Shown: in pieces, positions 40,242 through 51,700 of the stretch
How positions within the stretch are numbered: the first letter of the stretch is position 1
Layout: each line of letters opens with the position of its first letter
Source: Promethearchaeati archaeon SRVP18_Atabeyarchaeia-1
GTDB lineage: Archaea > Asgardarchaeota > Atabeyarchaeia > Atabeyarchaeales > Atabeyarchaeaceae
NCBI GenBank assembly: GCA_037308085.1
Contig: CP147779.1
Coordinates: 1,024,001-1,088,000, forward strand
Direction of reading: 5' to 3'
Length of the DNA stretch: 64,000 bases
Made by a program: the position numbers and the translations under genes
The notes under the pieces: model-generated
Seen by the model: the letters and a program-made list of their open reading frames with translations, nothing else
Databases searched by the model: none
What the model was told of the DNA's origin: nothing

Positions 40242-41000
40242 TCAACCAGCTGACGCAAGCCTCATTCTTCTGATAGCACTCATGGTTAGGCGATGGTAGC
40301 GCCGCATAAACCTAGCTTTAACGTGTGCATCGTCTATTCCTCCTGTGCCTGCAAGGTCTCCTATGATGTCGCCCAGTGCATGGTAAAGTGAATCCTCTAC
40401 GGGCCCTGTGATGAATGCTGTCACGGCATTTCCCACTCTGAGCCTCAGATCGTCAGGTTTGAGGCCAAACTCGGGATCGAACCGTGCGTTAAGAGGACCC
40501 ATACTTGCCAAGTAGAGCTCTATACTTAGCCCCGTTCCTTCTCTCGCCGGGTGAATCTCCAGTCTGCCTCCCTCTTCGTCTTCTGTCCTAATGATCTCAG
40601 CCACGGTCACTTCTTTCCTCTGTTCTCCGGAATCAAGTACCTGTTCACTGACAGACTCCATCAATCCGCCACTTATGGTTCCATCTGGGCTACCAAGCAC
40701 CGTTGACGGGCTTAGCATGAGTGCGTAGGCAGCTCTGTGCTGGGGTCTCGCGAACTCCCACTTCTCTTCAATACCTTCGACCGAGGCGTCGTGTACACCG
40801 CACATCCTCAGAAGAGCGAGGGGATGTTCTGCTGTGAAGGCATAATTGGAGCCGTCGCGAAGCACAACATTACTGTCCCCCCTTACCACGTATCTTGGTT
40901 TGGCTGGGATGCCGTTCAGAGTAATTCCAGAGCCGGGCTTCGCAGGCGAAACCTTGATTACTGTTGTCTTGAGGTTCTTTTTGAGCGTGTGGAGATGTAT
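40242..41000 (-). CDS. LpxC-like zinc deacetylase (extended to an ATA start)
   Basis: TLK..PAKPGSGI..IPA, TAEH, HALGDIIGDL, distal His; GGTGAGG before ATA; track ORF is 40242..40889. Confidence 0.6.
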   Translation of the reverse strand: MHLHTLKKNLKTTVIKVSPAKPGSGITLNGIPAKPRYVVRGDSNVVLRDGSNYAFTAEHPLALLRMCGVHDASVEGIEEKWEFARPQHRAAYALMLSPSTVLGSPDGTISGGLMESVSEQVLDSGEQRKEVTVAEIIRTEDEEGGRLEIHPAREGTGLSIELYLASMGPLNARFDPEFGLKPDDLRLRVGNAVTAFITGPVEDSLYHALGDIIGDLAGTGGIDDAHVKARFMRRYHRLTMSAIRRMRLASAG

Positions 41001-41006
41001 TTTGCC

Positions 41007-42236
41007 TCACCTGCTCAGCTCTTGCATTTGATCTTCCTTCATATCCGCTGCCTCATAGGGGATCTTAGCGAGTACTTCTGCAGCCTCGATAATCTCAGCG
41101 ACGATGTCCTTCTCGTTTGGTGGACGAATTGTCGTCCAGTCCCCGGGACCAAAGACAACGACATCGGTTGCGAAGCCGCTCTCCTTTAGATCCCTAGCAG
41201 AAACCGGGAAAGGCAGCCACTCGAAGATCGGTTCGAATCCACTTACTTTCAGGAAAGCCTCGGAGATTGCATTGACTACGAAGGATCGGGCATCTTCTCG
41301 AAATGGTTGCTCCACAAATTCATCCTCCACTGATAGTTGGCAGCCACTGTTCTTGCCAACGCGTTCCGCAACATGTCGGAATTCGCCCATGAGCTCCTTG
41401 TGCGAGCACTCGGGAGGCAAAGTAACATAGCTGTAAGATGCTATGGAGCTAACCCCCTCATCAACGCCTGACAAATCTGATGCAACCCGCGTGGTTGCAA
41501 TAGACGGGTAACCGATCAGGAAATTCGCGATGGTTGCAGATGGCGCCTTCCCGTACTCGACCGGGTATAAGTGATGTCTAGGTTTCATGAATTCATCTAC
41601 GCTTTTTCCGAATCTGGTCAACGCCTCCCAAGGACTGTCTCCAAGCCACGCAAAGGCGGGACTGTGTAGCCGTCCTCTTATTGCCAACTTGAAGACCAGA
41701 CAACCCTTCTGAACATTGCATACTCTGAGGCCAGTCGACTCGATCACGACAACGTGGTTTCTGGACTCGGGAGACATGTTCGCGCACATTGTGTTTTCCC
41801 TGAGCAAGCGGACATTGAAGTAGCTATCTGTAGAACGCCTTCCCTCACTTCCCAGAAGGACGAGTGAAACATCAATGGGAGGATCTCTGTCAGCTTCAGT
41901 CGATATTGCCCTCATGGCAAGAACTGCGGACACTATCTTTCCGGCCACTAGCTGCAGGCAATTCTTATCCCCAGATACTGCATGTTTGCACCTTGCATCG
42001 GGATAATCTCCCCAAGCGTTGACGAGGTATGTTATGGAGCGGGAGTGATCGTGACCCACTCTAGTGAAATATACGACGTTGTCACCACTTCTCGTTGGGT
42101 TCCTCCTGAGGAGACTCAAGCCTGATAGGTAATCATCAACGAGATACGTGGCTGAGCCATTCTCCAGGGATTGAAAGACCTGGCAGAACAATGCATAGGC
42201 TTCACTCTCGAGCAAGTGCTGAGCTCCGCCTCCCAT
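41007..42236 (-). CDS. Divergent M20 (ArgE/DapE)-like protein
   Basis: QKG...GRLHS dimerisation entry, FGPGD..PPNE tail; metal-binding His residues not found. Confidence 0.65.
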   Translation of the reverse strand: MGGGAQHLLESEAYALFCQVFQSLENGSATYLVDDYLSGLSLLRRNPTRSGDNVVYFTRVGHDHSRSITYLVNAWGDYPDARCKHAVSGDKNCLQLVAGKIVSAVLAMRAISTEADRDPPIDVSLVLLGSEGRRSTDSYFNVRLLRENTMCANMSPESRNHVVVIESTGLRVCNVQKGCLVFKLAIRGRLHSPAFAWLGDSPWEALTRFGKSVDEFMKPRHHLYPVEYGKAPSATIANFLIGYPSIATTRVASDLSGVDEGVSSIASYSYVTLPPECSHKELMGEFRHVAERVGKNSGCQLSVEDEFVEQPFREDARSFVVNAISEAFLKVSGFEPIFEWLPFPVSARDLKESGFATDVVVFGPGDWTTIRPPNEKDIVAEIIEAAEVLAKIPYEAADMKEDQMQELSR

Positions 42237-42439
42237 ACTATTCCGAATGACTCGACACCTCCCAGGCTCGTCTAGTCAAGCAAACATGATCTATGAAAAA
42301 CCAGCTAATAACAAAGACGCTTCTCCCCGCAGCGGGAAAGCTGAGGGGCGATGGCGCCAACCCCCCAAAAACGTTAAATAGCACTCCAATTATCCATTAT
42401 CCTCACGCACAACCCAAAAGTTACGGTTGATGATAAAAC

Positions 42440-42874
42440 ATGGGCAAATCCCCAACCGGAATGTACGCCGCCAAAAAGATCGTGGAAAACCGAAAACACT
42501 TCAGGTGGCGCAACCGAGACTTCAAAAACAGAATGCTCCGAATCAGAGAAATGACCCCATCCGAAGGCGCACCACAATCCACCGGCATAGTCCTCGAAAA
42601 AGTCGGCCGAGAACCAAGAAAACCCAGCTCCGGAGTCAGAAAATGCGTGAGAATCCAACTCATCAAAAACGGCAGAACCGTCACAGCCTTCATCCCCCTC
42701 GACGGAGCCCTCGACTACGTAGACGAACACGACGAAGTACTTATTGAAGGCATTGGGGGCAGAAAAGGTGGATCAATGGGCGACCTGCCGGGGGTAAGAT
42801 ACCGCGTTATCAAGGTTAACGGCATCTCGATCCAGGCACTTTGGACAGGCAAGAAGGAAAAGCCCCTTAAATAG
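42440..42874 (+). CDS. rps12: 30S ribosomal protein uS12 (orphan, divergent)
   Basis: [32 protein letters not shown]; not flanked by nusA/rps7. Confidence 0.93.
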   Translation: MGKSPTGMYAAKKIVENRKHFRWRNRDFKNRMLRIREMTPSEGAPQSTGIVLEKVGREPRKPSSGVRKCVRIQLIKNGRTVTAFIPLDGALDYVDEHDEVLIEGIGGRKGGSMGDLPGVRYRVIKVNGISIQALWTGKKEKPLK

Positions 42875-42960
42875 GCTGTTTTTTCGGGTCTTTTCTCCTC
42901 TTACTACACATTCGTCTTGGATGCCTCAAAGGATTCGCTGACTATGGTGCTTGCTGCACA

Positions 42961-42980
42961 TTTGTAATACTTTGTAATAC
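42961..42980 (+). repeat. 10-bp tandem duplication TTTGTAATAC x2
   Basis: Direct read, just past the 3' end of the LAGLIDADG gene. Confidence 0.8.
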
Positions 42981-42990
42981 TTCCTCTTAG

Positions 42991-45402
42991 TCATCTAGAT
43001 GAGGTTTTGGAGTTTTTCAGCATGTTCTTGAGTCTTTCTTGTTTTCTCTTCTGTGGGAAGCCAATTTCGCTGTAGAAGGTTTTAATTGCTTCTTTCGCGC
43101 CTATTTGCAGAGCCCACAAGACACCGTAGCCCCCTTCCCTTTTGTAAATCTCCTTTGGGCGCTCATTGAAGCCAATCCCAAAATCGCCTGTCAGGATTCT
43201 TGCCTCCGACTCCAGGATTTGTGGGCGTATCGAGTCTAGTGTCTCTTGGATGTCTTGAGGTAGATCTTTGAACATGTAGTACTTGACGCCTTTCTTATGC
43301 AGGTCGGCTTTGCGCGTCTTTCTCTTCCATTGTTCGCTCATGATATCAAGGCGGTTCCTCTGCTCGACCGATAGATTATGAGTTCCATCTATGGCTCTCT
43401 CCAATGTTATTATTCCGCAATGTGTCGAAGGTGATCCTTCGTCACCGAAGGCTTGTACCAGCCACTCTCGTTTCATTTCAGGTGACCCTTGTCGTATAAA
43501 CGCCGGTATGTCCGGGTTTTGCAGAATGATTCTGCCAGTTACTGCCCCTGATCTCTGTAGTGTGTGACCAACGATGTCTGTTGTTGCGCGCAGTCTTGGG
43601 ATCCTACCGTCGTCGAATATTCTGTCGGTAATGTTTGGGTCGCCGAATATGTTTCTTAGTGATTCCGCGATCCTTCTTCTTTGTTCGTCGTCTTTGTTTG
43701 TGTATTCGAATCTCGGTCCTGCGCGTTTAGGTGTGTGAATTGATCCGTCTGAGTATCTTGCTGCCATGATTCTTGCTCCGTGTGGGGTTCTTAGGTTGAA
43801 GGGGAGTTTTGGGTTTTTGATTGCTCTGGCGTTTCCTATTGCTGCGGTGTGGTGGTTTGGCTCGTCGAGGTCTCTGCCGAGGTATCTAAGGATTGGGATA
43901 AGTTTGTTGGCCACCATGCCGTCCATTCGTTCGCTCAGTTGGTCGTTTAGGTATTTGATTGCGATCTGTGTTTCTCTTTTCCTGAGTTCGTTTCGGAGTT
44001 GTGTTTTTCCTCCTGCTTTGTTTATTGCTGCGTGTAGTAGTTCATGTTTGTACTCTTTGTCGAGGTAGATGGCGATTGTTTGTGGCAGTGCGTACCATGG
44101 TGTTTCGTAGGGTGGGATTGTCTTGTTTTCTGTTGGTATGTGGAGGGTTTCTTCCCCTTGCCTTGTTTTGTATCTGTAGAGGTGTAGGTTTCCTACCTTT
44201 TCTGCTTCGATGGTTGTGATCTTGTATTCTTGGTTTTGGTATTCTATTGTGATTGCTTTGCCCTCGAGTTTGAAGGTTGTTTTTTCGCGTGGTTTTGGTG
44301 GGGGGTGTGTTTTTTCGGTGAATGGTCTGGGGGAGAGGGCTATGCCATCTGTTCTCACGGTTAGAGTTTGGGCTTCTCCTCTTCTTGCCGTTGTTAGCAG
44401 CTTCTCGGTGGCGTCTTCGCTGAGTCTTATCGCTTTGTTTTCGATTTGCCCCGTAGCGAGTATTTTCCCTTGTTGTGTTTGGATGGCGATACTTGCGTAG
44501 TCTCCGTCTCTGACTTTGAGGCCGAGTTCTTCGAGTTTCTCGGTGAGCTGTATTCTTGTTTCTCCGCTAGTTGTGGTTGGTGTGACTTGGATGCCATGTG
44601 TCCAGGGGGGCTCTCCGGGTCCTCTCACGTTTAGGACATGGACATTTACTTTGTCTCCTGTCTTGATGCCTAGGTTTTCGATGTCTGCTTTCTTGATGTT
44701 TGCTCTTGTTCCCTTCACCACTGTTAGCACGGCGATGGCTTGGACGCCGTCCTTCTCGAGCAGCGCCGTTATTATGTCTCTTCGGTGGAACTCGACGTTT
44801 GTCATGGGGTCAAGCTTTAGGTAGAATGTCTGCTGGGCTTGACTGTAGTCTACTCTTGCGCAGGGGTTTCGTGTACTCTCAATAAACGCGTCGATGCTAT
44901 AGGCTGCTCCTTTCCACTTTATGGCTATGTCTTGGCTTTCGGGTGATTGGAGGCTCCTCAATGCTTGCTCCAGGTCTTTCCCGGCCATGCGTGATAGTTG
45001 CTGTAGATCCTTTAGGGCGATGTGTTCTCTGTTGCTCTCCCAGTAGAACACTTGACTCTCACTGTATCCTAGCTCATGAGCAAGCCTGTGCCTGCTGAGG
45101 CCTAGCTCTGTGCGCCACACTCTAACTAATTCACCTGCACCAAGCACCCACGCATCGTGAACCCTTGTCTTGCTCAGCTCGGTTGTATTGGTTGCTTGTT
45201 CTGCTGCCGCCCTGTCGGTGTTGCTAAGGTGCTCTGTATTGGTCCTTGCAGAAGCGTCACCGTCGCCTCTTGTCTTGGTGCTTTCCGTTGTCTCCCCCTG
45301 CCCATGCGTGTCCACGTCATTGGGTTGTTGTTGTGGCTGCTGCTCTGATGCTTGTGATGGTTCTCGCCCGCATTCCGCTATTTTCGTGCCCTCGTTCTCC
45401 AT
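42991..45402 (-). CDS. Multidomain protein: low-complexity N-terminus, XRE HTH, AbrB-like segments, two-motif LAGLIDADG
   Basis: WRTELGLSRHRLAHELGYSESQVFYWES; LGIKTGDKV; IMAARYSDG and WLVQAFGDEG; FYSEIGFPQKRKQ. Confidence 0.78.
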   Translation of the reverse strand: MENEGTKIAECGREPSQASEQQPQQQPNDVDTHGQGETTESTKTRGDGDASARTNTEHLSNTDRAAAEQATNTTELSKTRVHDAWVLGAGELVRVWRTELGLSRHRLAHELGYSESQVFYWESNREHIALKDLQQLSRMAGKDLEQALRSLQSPESQDIAIKWKGAAYSIDAFIESTRNPCARVDYSQAQQTFYLKLDPMTNVEFHRRDIITALLEKDGVQAIAVLTVVKGTRANIKKADIENLGIKTGDKVNVHVLNVRGPGEPPWTHGIQVTPTTTSGETRIQLTEKLEELGLKVRDGDYASIAIQTQQGKILATGQIENKAIRLSEDATEKLLTTARRGEAQTLTVRTDGIALSPRPFTEKTHPPPKPREKTTFKLEGKAITIEYQNQEYKITTIEAEKVGNLHLYRYKTRQGEETLHIPTENKTIPPYETPWYALPQTIAIYLDKEYKHELLHAAINKAGGKTQLRNELRKRETQIAIKYLNDQLSERMDGMVANKLIPILRYLGRDLDEPNHHTAAIGNARAIKNPKLPFNLRTPHGARIMAARYSDGSIHTPKRAGPRFEYTNKDDEQRRRIAESLRNIFGDPNITDRIFDDGRIPRLRATTDIVGHTLQRSGAVTGRIILQNPDIPAFIRQGSPEMKREWLVQAFGDEGSPSTHCGIITLERAIDGTHNLSVEQRNRLDIMSEQWKRKTRKADLHKKGVKYYMFKDLPQDIQETLDSIRPQILESEARILTGDFGIGFNERPKEIYKREGGYGVLWALQIGAKEAIKTFYSEIGFPQKRKQERLKNMLKNSKTSSR

Positions 45403-45744
45403 AACAGACTACTATGTTTGATGGTATTTTAACTCGCCATAGGGCTCCTCTTCTCCCTCAATGCATAGGCACATAGAATTCCGCGTTTCGCCGCATTTCC
45501 CCGTGACTGTCACGAACCCAGTCGAGTGTTGTCTTCCTTTTGATGTCTTGTTGGCCACCAGGAATCTTGGTCTCATCTTGCAGGGACTGCTCGCAGGCTG
45601 GGTCTGACTTCTCGTGGCTTTGCCCGAAAAGCGTGTTCAAGCATCGGCTGTGATTCGGATTGCTGCTGGCAAGGTTTTTTATCCTGTTTAAATACAGTCA
45701 CTAGTTTGCATCAACCCATCATTTTTCGGTGAGCGAGTGGACAA

Positions 45745-48700
45745 ATGGCAATAAGATTCGTCGGGGGTTCTCCTCCAAGCGATGAGGAGACTTTTGGGAA
45801 GCTGCGCCCGTACGTGGCTGGGTGGTTCAAGGAGAAGTTTGGGGAGATGACTCCCCCGCAGAAGTACGCTATTCCTCTGATCCAGAGGAACGAGAATACG
45901 CTGGTGTTTTCCAGCACGGGGTCTGGCAAGACCTTGGCCGCCTTCCTGTCCATGATAGACAAGCTGTTCTCGATGGGTGAGAGCGGTGAGTTAGAGGAAA
46001 CTGTTTATGTCCTCTATGTTAGTCCCCTCAGGGCGCTTAACAATGATATCAAGCGGAACTTGATGGTTCCACTTGAAGGTATAAGGGAGACTTCGCGCAG
46101 GGCAAATGTGGAGTTGCCCATGATAAATGTGGCTGTGAGGACTGGGGATACGCCGCAGGCTGAGCGGAGCAGAATGCTTCGCCACCCGCCTCATATACTG
46201 ATAACGACTCCTGAGACGCTCTCTATAGTCCTTAACTCGCCCAAGTTCAGCGAGCGCCTAAAGACGATTAAGTGGGTGATTGTCGACGAGATCCACGAGT
46301 TGTGTGACTCCAAGAGAGGAGTTCACTTGTCTCTTAGCCTTGAGCGGCTCCAACACCTTATTGGCGGTGACAAGGAGTTTGTCCGAGTCGGTTGCAGTGC
46401 GACTCAGGCCCCGGTGGATGAGATAGCCAAATTCCTCGTGGGGTACCGGGATGATGGTTCTTTTAGAGACTGTAACATAGTTGATGTCTACTCTACGAAG
46501 TCGCTTGACATTGGCGTTATCACGCCAGTCTCAAATCTCGCGTATGCAAGCTACGACTCTGCAACAGACAACATGTATGAGCTTCTGAAAAAGCAGATTG
46601 ACTCGCACACTACGACACTCGTTTTTACGAATACTCGTAGCGGAACGGAGCGTATCGCCTTCAGGCTCAAGGAGTTGTATGGCGATGAATCCGTGGATCA
46701 GCTGGCAGCCCACCATGGCAGTCTGAGCCGTGATACGAGGCTCGATGTGGAAGAGCGCCTGAAGAAGGGGCAGCTGAAAGCGGCTGTCAGCTCAACTTCC
46801 CTTGAACTCGGTATAGACATCGGGTACATAGACTTGGTCTGCCAGATTGGTAGTCCCAAAAGCGTCGCTAAGGGCTTACAGAGAATCGGGAGGGCAGGGC
46901 ATGCGCTTCATGAGACTTCCATCGGTCGCCTGCTCGTTTTCGACCTTGATGACCTTGTCGAATGCACAGTATTGGTTAAGTCTGCCTACGAAGGGAAGAT
47001 CGACAGGGTTGCGATACCGAGAAACTGCTTGGATGTATTGGCCCAGCACTTGGTGGGTATGAGCATCGAATCGAAGTGGACTCCAGATGATGCATTGAGA
47101 CTGATTAGGCGTTCCTATTGTTATCATGAATTGCCTAAAGAGGATTTCATGGGTGTAATCAGGTATCTGGCAGGGGAGCATGTTAACCTCGAAGAACGCG
47201 GGGTGTACAGGAAGTTATGGTTTGACGAGGATCAGCAGGTTTTTGGTAGGAAGAGAGGCGCACGGATGATATACTTCCTGAACATTGGGACTATCCCCGA
47301 AGAATCGAATTACAGGGTTCTCCTTGAGGAGTACAGGAATCCGTTGGGGCAACTGTCGGAGAGCTTCGTTGAGCGGCTTCAGCCGGGCGACATTTTCGTG
47401 CTAGGTGGCAGAGCGTATGAATTCAGAAGAACAAGTGGCATGAAAGTCTATGTGAGGCCCGCCTTTGGTCGGCGCCCGACGGTTCCATCATGGACTGGGG
47501 AAATGCTTCCAAGGAGTTTCGACTTGTCATGCGAGATCGGCAAGTTCCGGCAGGTAATAGCTGGTAGGATTAAGAAGGAAGGTTTGGATGCTACGAAGAA
47601 GTGGCTTCTCGAAGAATACCGGGTTGACGAGAGATCTGCAGACAGCATGATCGTGTACTTCAGGAACCAGCTTGCGATCACGGGAACAGTGCCAACAGAC
47701 AAGAGGATCATGATTGAAGGGTACATCGACAAGAGAGGGAGACTCAACATAATCTTCCACAGCGTCTATGGTCGTCGGGTGAATGACGCACTGAGCAGGG
47801 CATACGCCTATGCCATAACTAGGGTCTCAAAGGTGAATGTGGGCACAGCGATTCTGGACGATGGATTCGTCATCACTCTTCCAGCAGGAAGAATGATCGA
47901 CTTGAACAGGGTTCCGCTACTCGTAAACCCTGAGAATGTCGAAGACTTCATCCGCAAGGCAATTAGAAAGACGGAGCTTTTCAAACAGAGATTCAGACAC
48001 TGCGCAGTAAGAAGCTTCATGGTTCTAAGGATGTACAAAGGGTGGGAGATATCTGTAAGCAGACAGCAGACCAGGGCGATAAAGGTCCTTGACCTGCTTG
48101 AGGGAATGGAGGACTTCCCCGTCGTAAAAGAGACTTACCGAGAGATACTTGAAGACGACATGGATCTTCCAAACGCAAAGAACGTTATCAACGGGCTAAA
48201 GAGCGGAGATATCGAGTCTAGGGTTCTTCCGCTCACTGACGTGCCTTCCCCATTCTCACACGGTCTTATCCTCGTTGGGGCTGAAGACGTGGTGTTAATG
48301 GAGGATCGCGAAGCATTATTGAGAGAGTTGCATCGGCAAGTCCTTTCAAGGGTAATAGGCGAAGCTGGGGAAGTGCTCTTCTCGGAGGAGACCGTTCAGG
48401 CTTTGTATAACCAGAGGCAGCACTTAACTCCTGAAACACAAGGGAAAGAAAAGGAAGACATAGTACGAATTCTGCATGATATAGGACCGGCGGAGATATT
48501 CCGAGACACATATCCCACGATCTTGAACAGAATGGCAGTTGATCCTGAGACCGTTAGCCAATGGGCTGAGGAGCTCGTAATGGAGGGTCGAGTAATTATC
48601 ATTAGAACTCCAAAAGGGGAGAGCTTCGGAGTTACGACAGACGACTTCGTAACCTACTATCATGTTTTCAGGAGTGCGCCAGGCGAGCTCGATGAGCTTG

Positions 48701-51700
48701 AGAAAAACATGCTGAAGGCGTTGGAAGTCAAACCTCTCAAAGCCAGCGAACTAATGGTATCGCTGAATTCCGGTTACCCCCATGTTAGGAGAGCATTGCG
48801 AAGACTGGAAAGGGCCATGCTCGTAGTGAGATCAAAGTATTCGCCGAAGGGATCCGCAAGGGAGCAAGCTCTTGAGACAACGTGGAGTCTCACGTCGAGG
48901 CATCTCCCGAGCCAGGTTTTTGCCAGTGTGGAACATGCCGATCCTGAGGAGGAGAAAGAGAAGGCCGTAAAGCATTTCCTTAGGTCCTTTGGTCCATGTG
49001 TCGCGTCGGAAGTGGCCACTCACCTCAACATGTCAGAAGAAGAAGCAGAAAAGATCTTCAACCGCCTAGAGAGGATGGGCGATGTACTGAGTGGATATTT
49101 CATACCCTCAAAGCCGCCTCGCCAGTACCTCCTTGCCGAAGACAGGGAACTACTAAAGCAGATAGAGAAGAGTCGAGAACCCATTCGTTTCCCAGAGGCA
49201 GTGGTGACCCAGCTAGTCTTGGAGAAGCAACATCTAACTCCCACCACGAGAGGCAAGGGAGAAGAAGACATAGTCACAATGATCGCCGAGCTGGGACCAA
49301 TACAGTCGCACAGAGCTTTGTACCACAGGATCGAGAAATTCGATCTAGATACACTGAGAAGGCTTTGGGCTTCCGAGAAGAAGCTAATGTTGGGCAGATT
49401 CACGGAGAGAGGTCTATCATATATCCGTACAAGTGACTTGCCGATCTACGTAGCGCTGAGAGAAGCTAACGGAGTATTGCTCTCAGACCTTGACAGACTT
49501 GTATTGGGCATCATAGAAAAGGAGAATCCTATAACCAAAGGCAGAATAACGGCATTGACCGGGCTTGAAAAACCCACGGTCGAGGAGAGTCTGGAAAGGC
49601 TTGAAGAATCTCTGCTGGTTTTGAGGACCGTCCCTTACGACATGGAGCCCGAGGCCCAGCAAGTAATCCTGTACGAGCCTGCGGGTAACTATACTTCGCA
49701 GTTTCAGAAACTCTCAAGAAGTGAGGCGCTTAGGACTCTTATCCAGCGCACCATTGAAGGACATGGGATGATCACAATACAGGGCATAATATCATTAACT
49801 AATCTTCCATACGACGAAGTCGAAAGCACCCTGTCGGCACTCAGGAGAGAGAGACTGATTGTCTCAGGGCAATTCATTGAAGGCATACCAATAGAAACCT
49901 ACCTCGTCGCGAAGGATCTCCAAAGGTTGAAGGAACTCGGCAGCGAGTTTGCTGTCGGCGGGACGAAGGAGGGTGAGATCCCATTTGAGGGCAGGATCAT
50001 GGTGGATGTCCTCGGCAATTTGGACCCCTATACTTGGAGGGTTGCCCAGCAACTGTCAGACCTCTATGGAAGTGCTTTTCTTAATCCGATAGTGGTTGAC
50101 GGCGTGCTTGTAGGGGCAGCCGACCTTCATGTTACCCAGGACCTATTGCACGTAGCTGACCTAAAGGTGTCTGAACTTCTGCTCGAAAAACCTGAGCTGT
50201 TGGAAAAAATCGCGAAACGATTCATCGAAATCGCTTCATATTACGGGCTTATGGCTGCGGAGGTCGAATTTGTCTGGGGGCAGCCGGCCGTTACAGAGAA
50301 AAACGAGAAACTGGTCAAGGTTTTCACCGAACTCGGCTATGAGATCGTTGGCGACAGGCTCTGTTGGGGAGAAACGCCTTCAGAACTATTCGACGAGCAG
50401 GTTGTCAGGGTATTTCAGTTTAAGAAGCAACACGTGGATCCAGAAACCCGGGGTAGAACAAGAGACGATGTCTATCGGATAATGCGGGACATCGGTCCCA
50501 TATGGACCCCCTGGGAGGAGAAGCTTAGCATTAGAGTGGAGGATTTGAGAAGAGAATGGGTTGAAGAATTGTTGAAGAAGGATAGGGTACTAGTCGAAGA
50601 TACTCTGCTTGGGTCAAAACCGATGCTTCTTCCGGTGAAAGACTGGCCGACTTACTGGTGGGCGTGCAAGACACCTGTGAAGCTTAGCTTAGATGCGGTG
50701 AAACTACTGAAAGTAATAAGAGAGAATGGTCCGATTTCGAAAAAGTCGCTCATTAGGAAGTCGCTGATGCACCAGTTAGACGTAGAACACCTTCTGTCGA
50801 TTCTGTGCCAAATGAGACTGATCACGAACATAGGAAACTCGACAACTGCGGGAATATGGGTCACTATTGACCAATGGCTTCCGGCAACGGTGAAGCTGGA
50901 GGACTATGTTGAGCCACATGAGGCGAGAAGGAGGATCATCCTCAGGCTTCTTAGAAGCTTGGGTCCATTAACGGTATCGCAGTTACGTGAGCTTACGGCG
51001 CTTCACTCAAGGCAGGTAAGACTAGTTCTCTCGGAACTCAGAGATCAAGGAATCGTGGGACTTGGTAGGTTCCTGAGATCTCCCAGGACGCAGATACAGT
51101 TTGTCGCTCTTGAGGACTTGGAGGAACTGCATTCCATCTCATCAATGGTGAAGGACGGAGACTATGGGAGAACGACCCGTGCTTTTACGGTACCGCCGGG
51201 CGATCCACTCTACTACGCCCTGAAGGACGAAATCAAAAGCACCTTCAGAACGGGATGGTGCTATACAGTGGTTCTAAATGACGATCTGGTCGCCGCCTTC
51301 AAATCAAAGGGAGCAAAGAAGAAACACTTCATAATAACTGATCTATTAATTCAAGGCAAGCAGGTCGAGAGGAAAGAAGTCATCCTAAAGATCATCGGCC
51401 AAATAGATGAAACTGCTAGATGCGTCGGATCCCTTGACATCGAAGTCAAGAGTATCAACGAGAAACCCGTGACCTATGAAGGCAACCAAAGTATTGTGGA
51501 GATCTTCAAGTCTGCGGGCTACAAGGCTGGCGGACTAGTTCTCTACAAACCTTTCTCAGTATCTATTCAGCCAAGCGGCAAGGAGGTTTTCGCCGAGGAT
51601 GTTTGCGTAGAGTTCTTGATGCGTAGGCAACATCTCTCTCCGCAGTACAAGGGTAGAGGAAAGGATGAAATACTCAAGGTTCTGCACGACATAGGACGTG

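Noticed and set aside
41007-41009. TGA as selenocysteine
   Set aside because: Linker position with no Cys-equivalent context, no SECIS recognised, and an SD plus ATA explains the junction.
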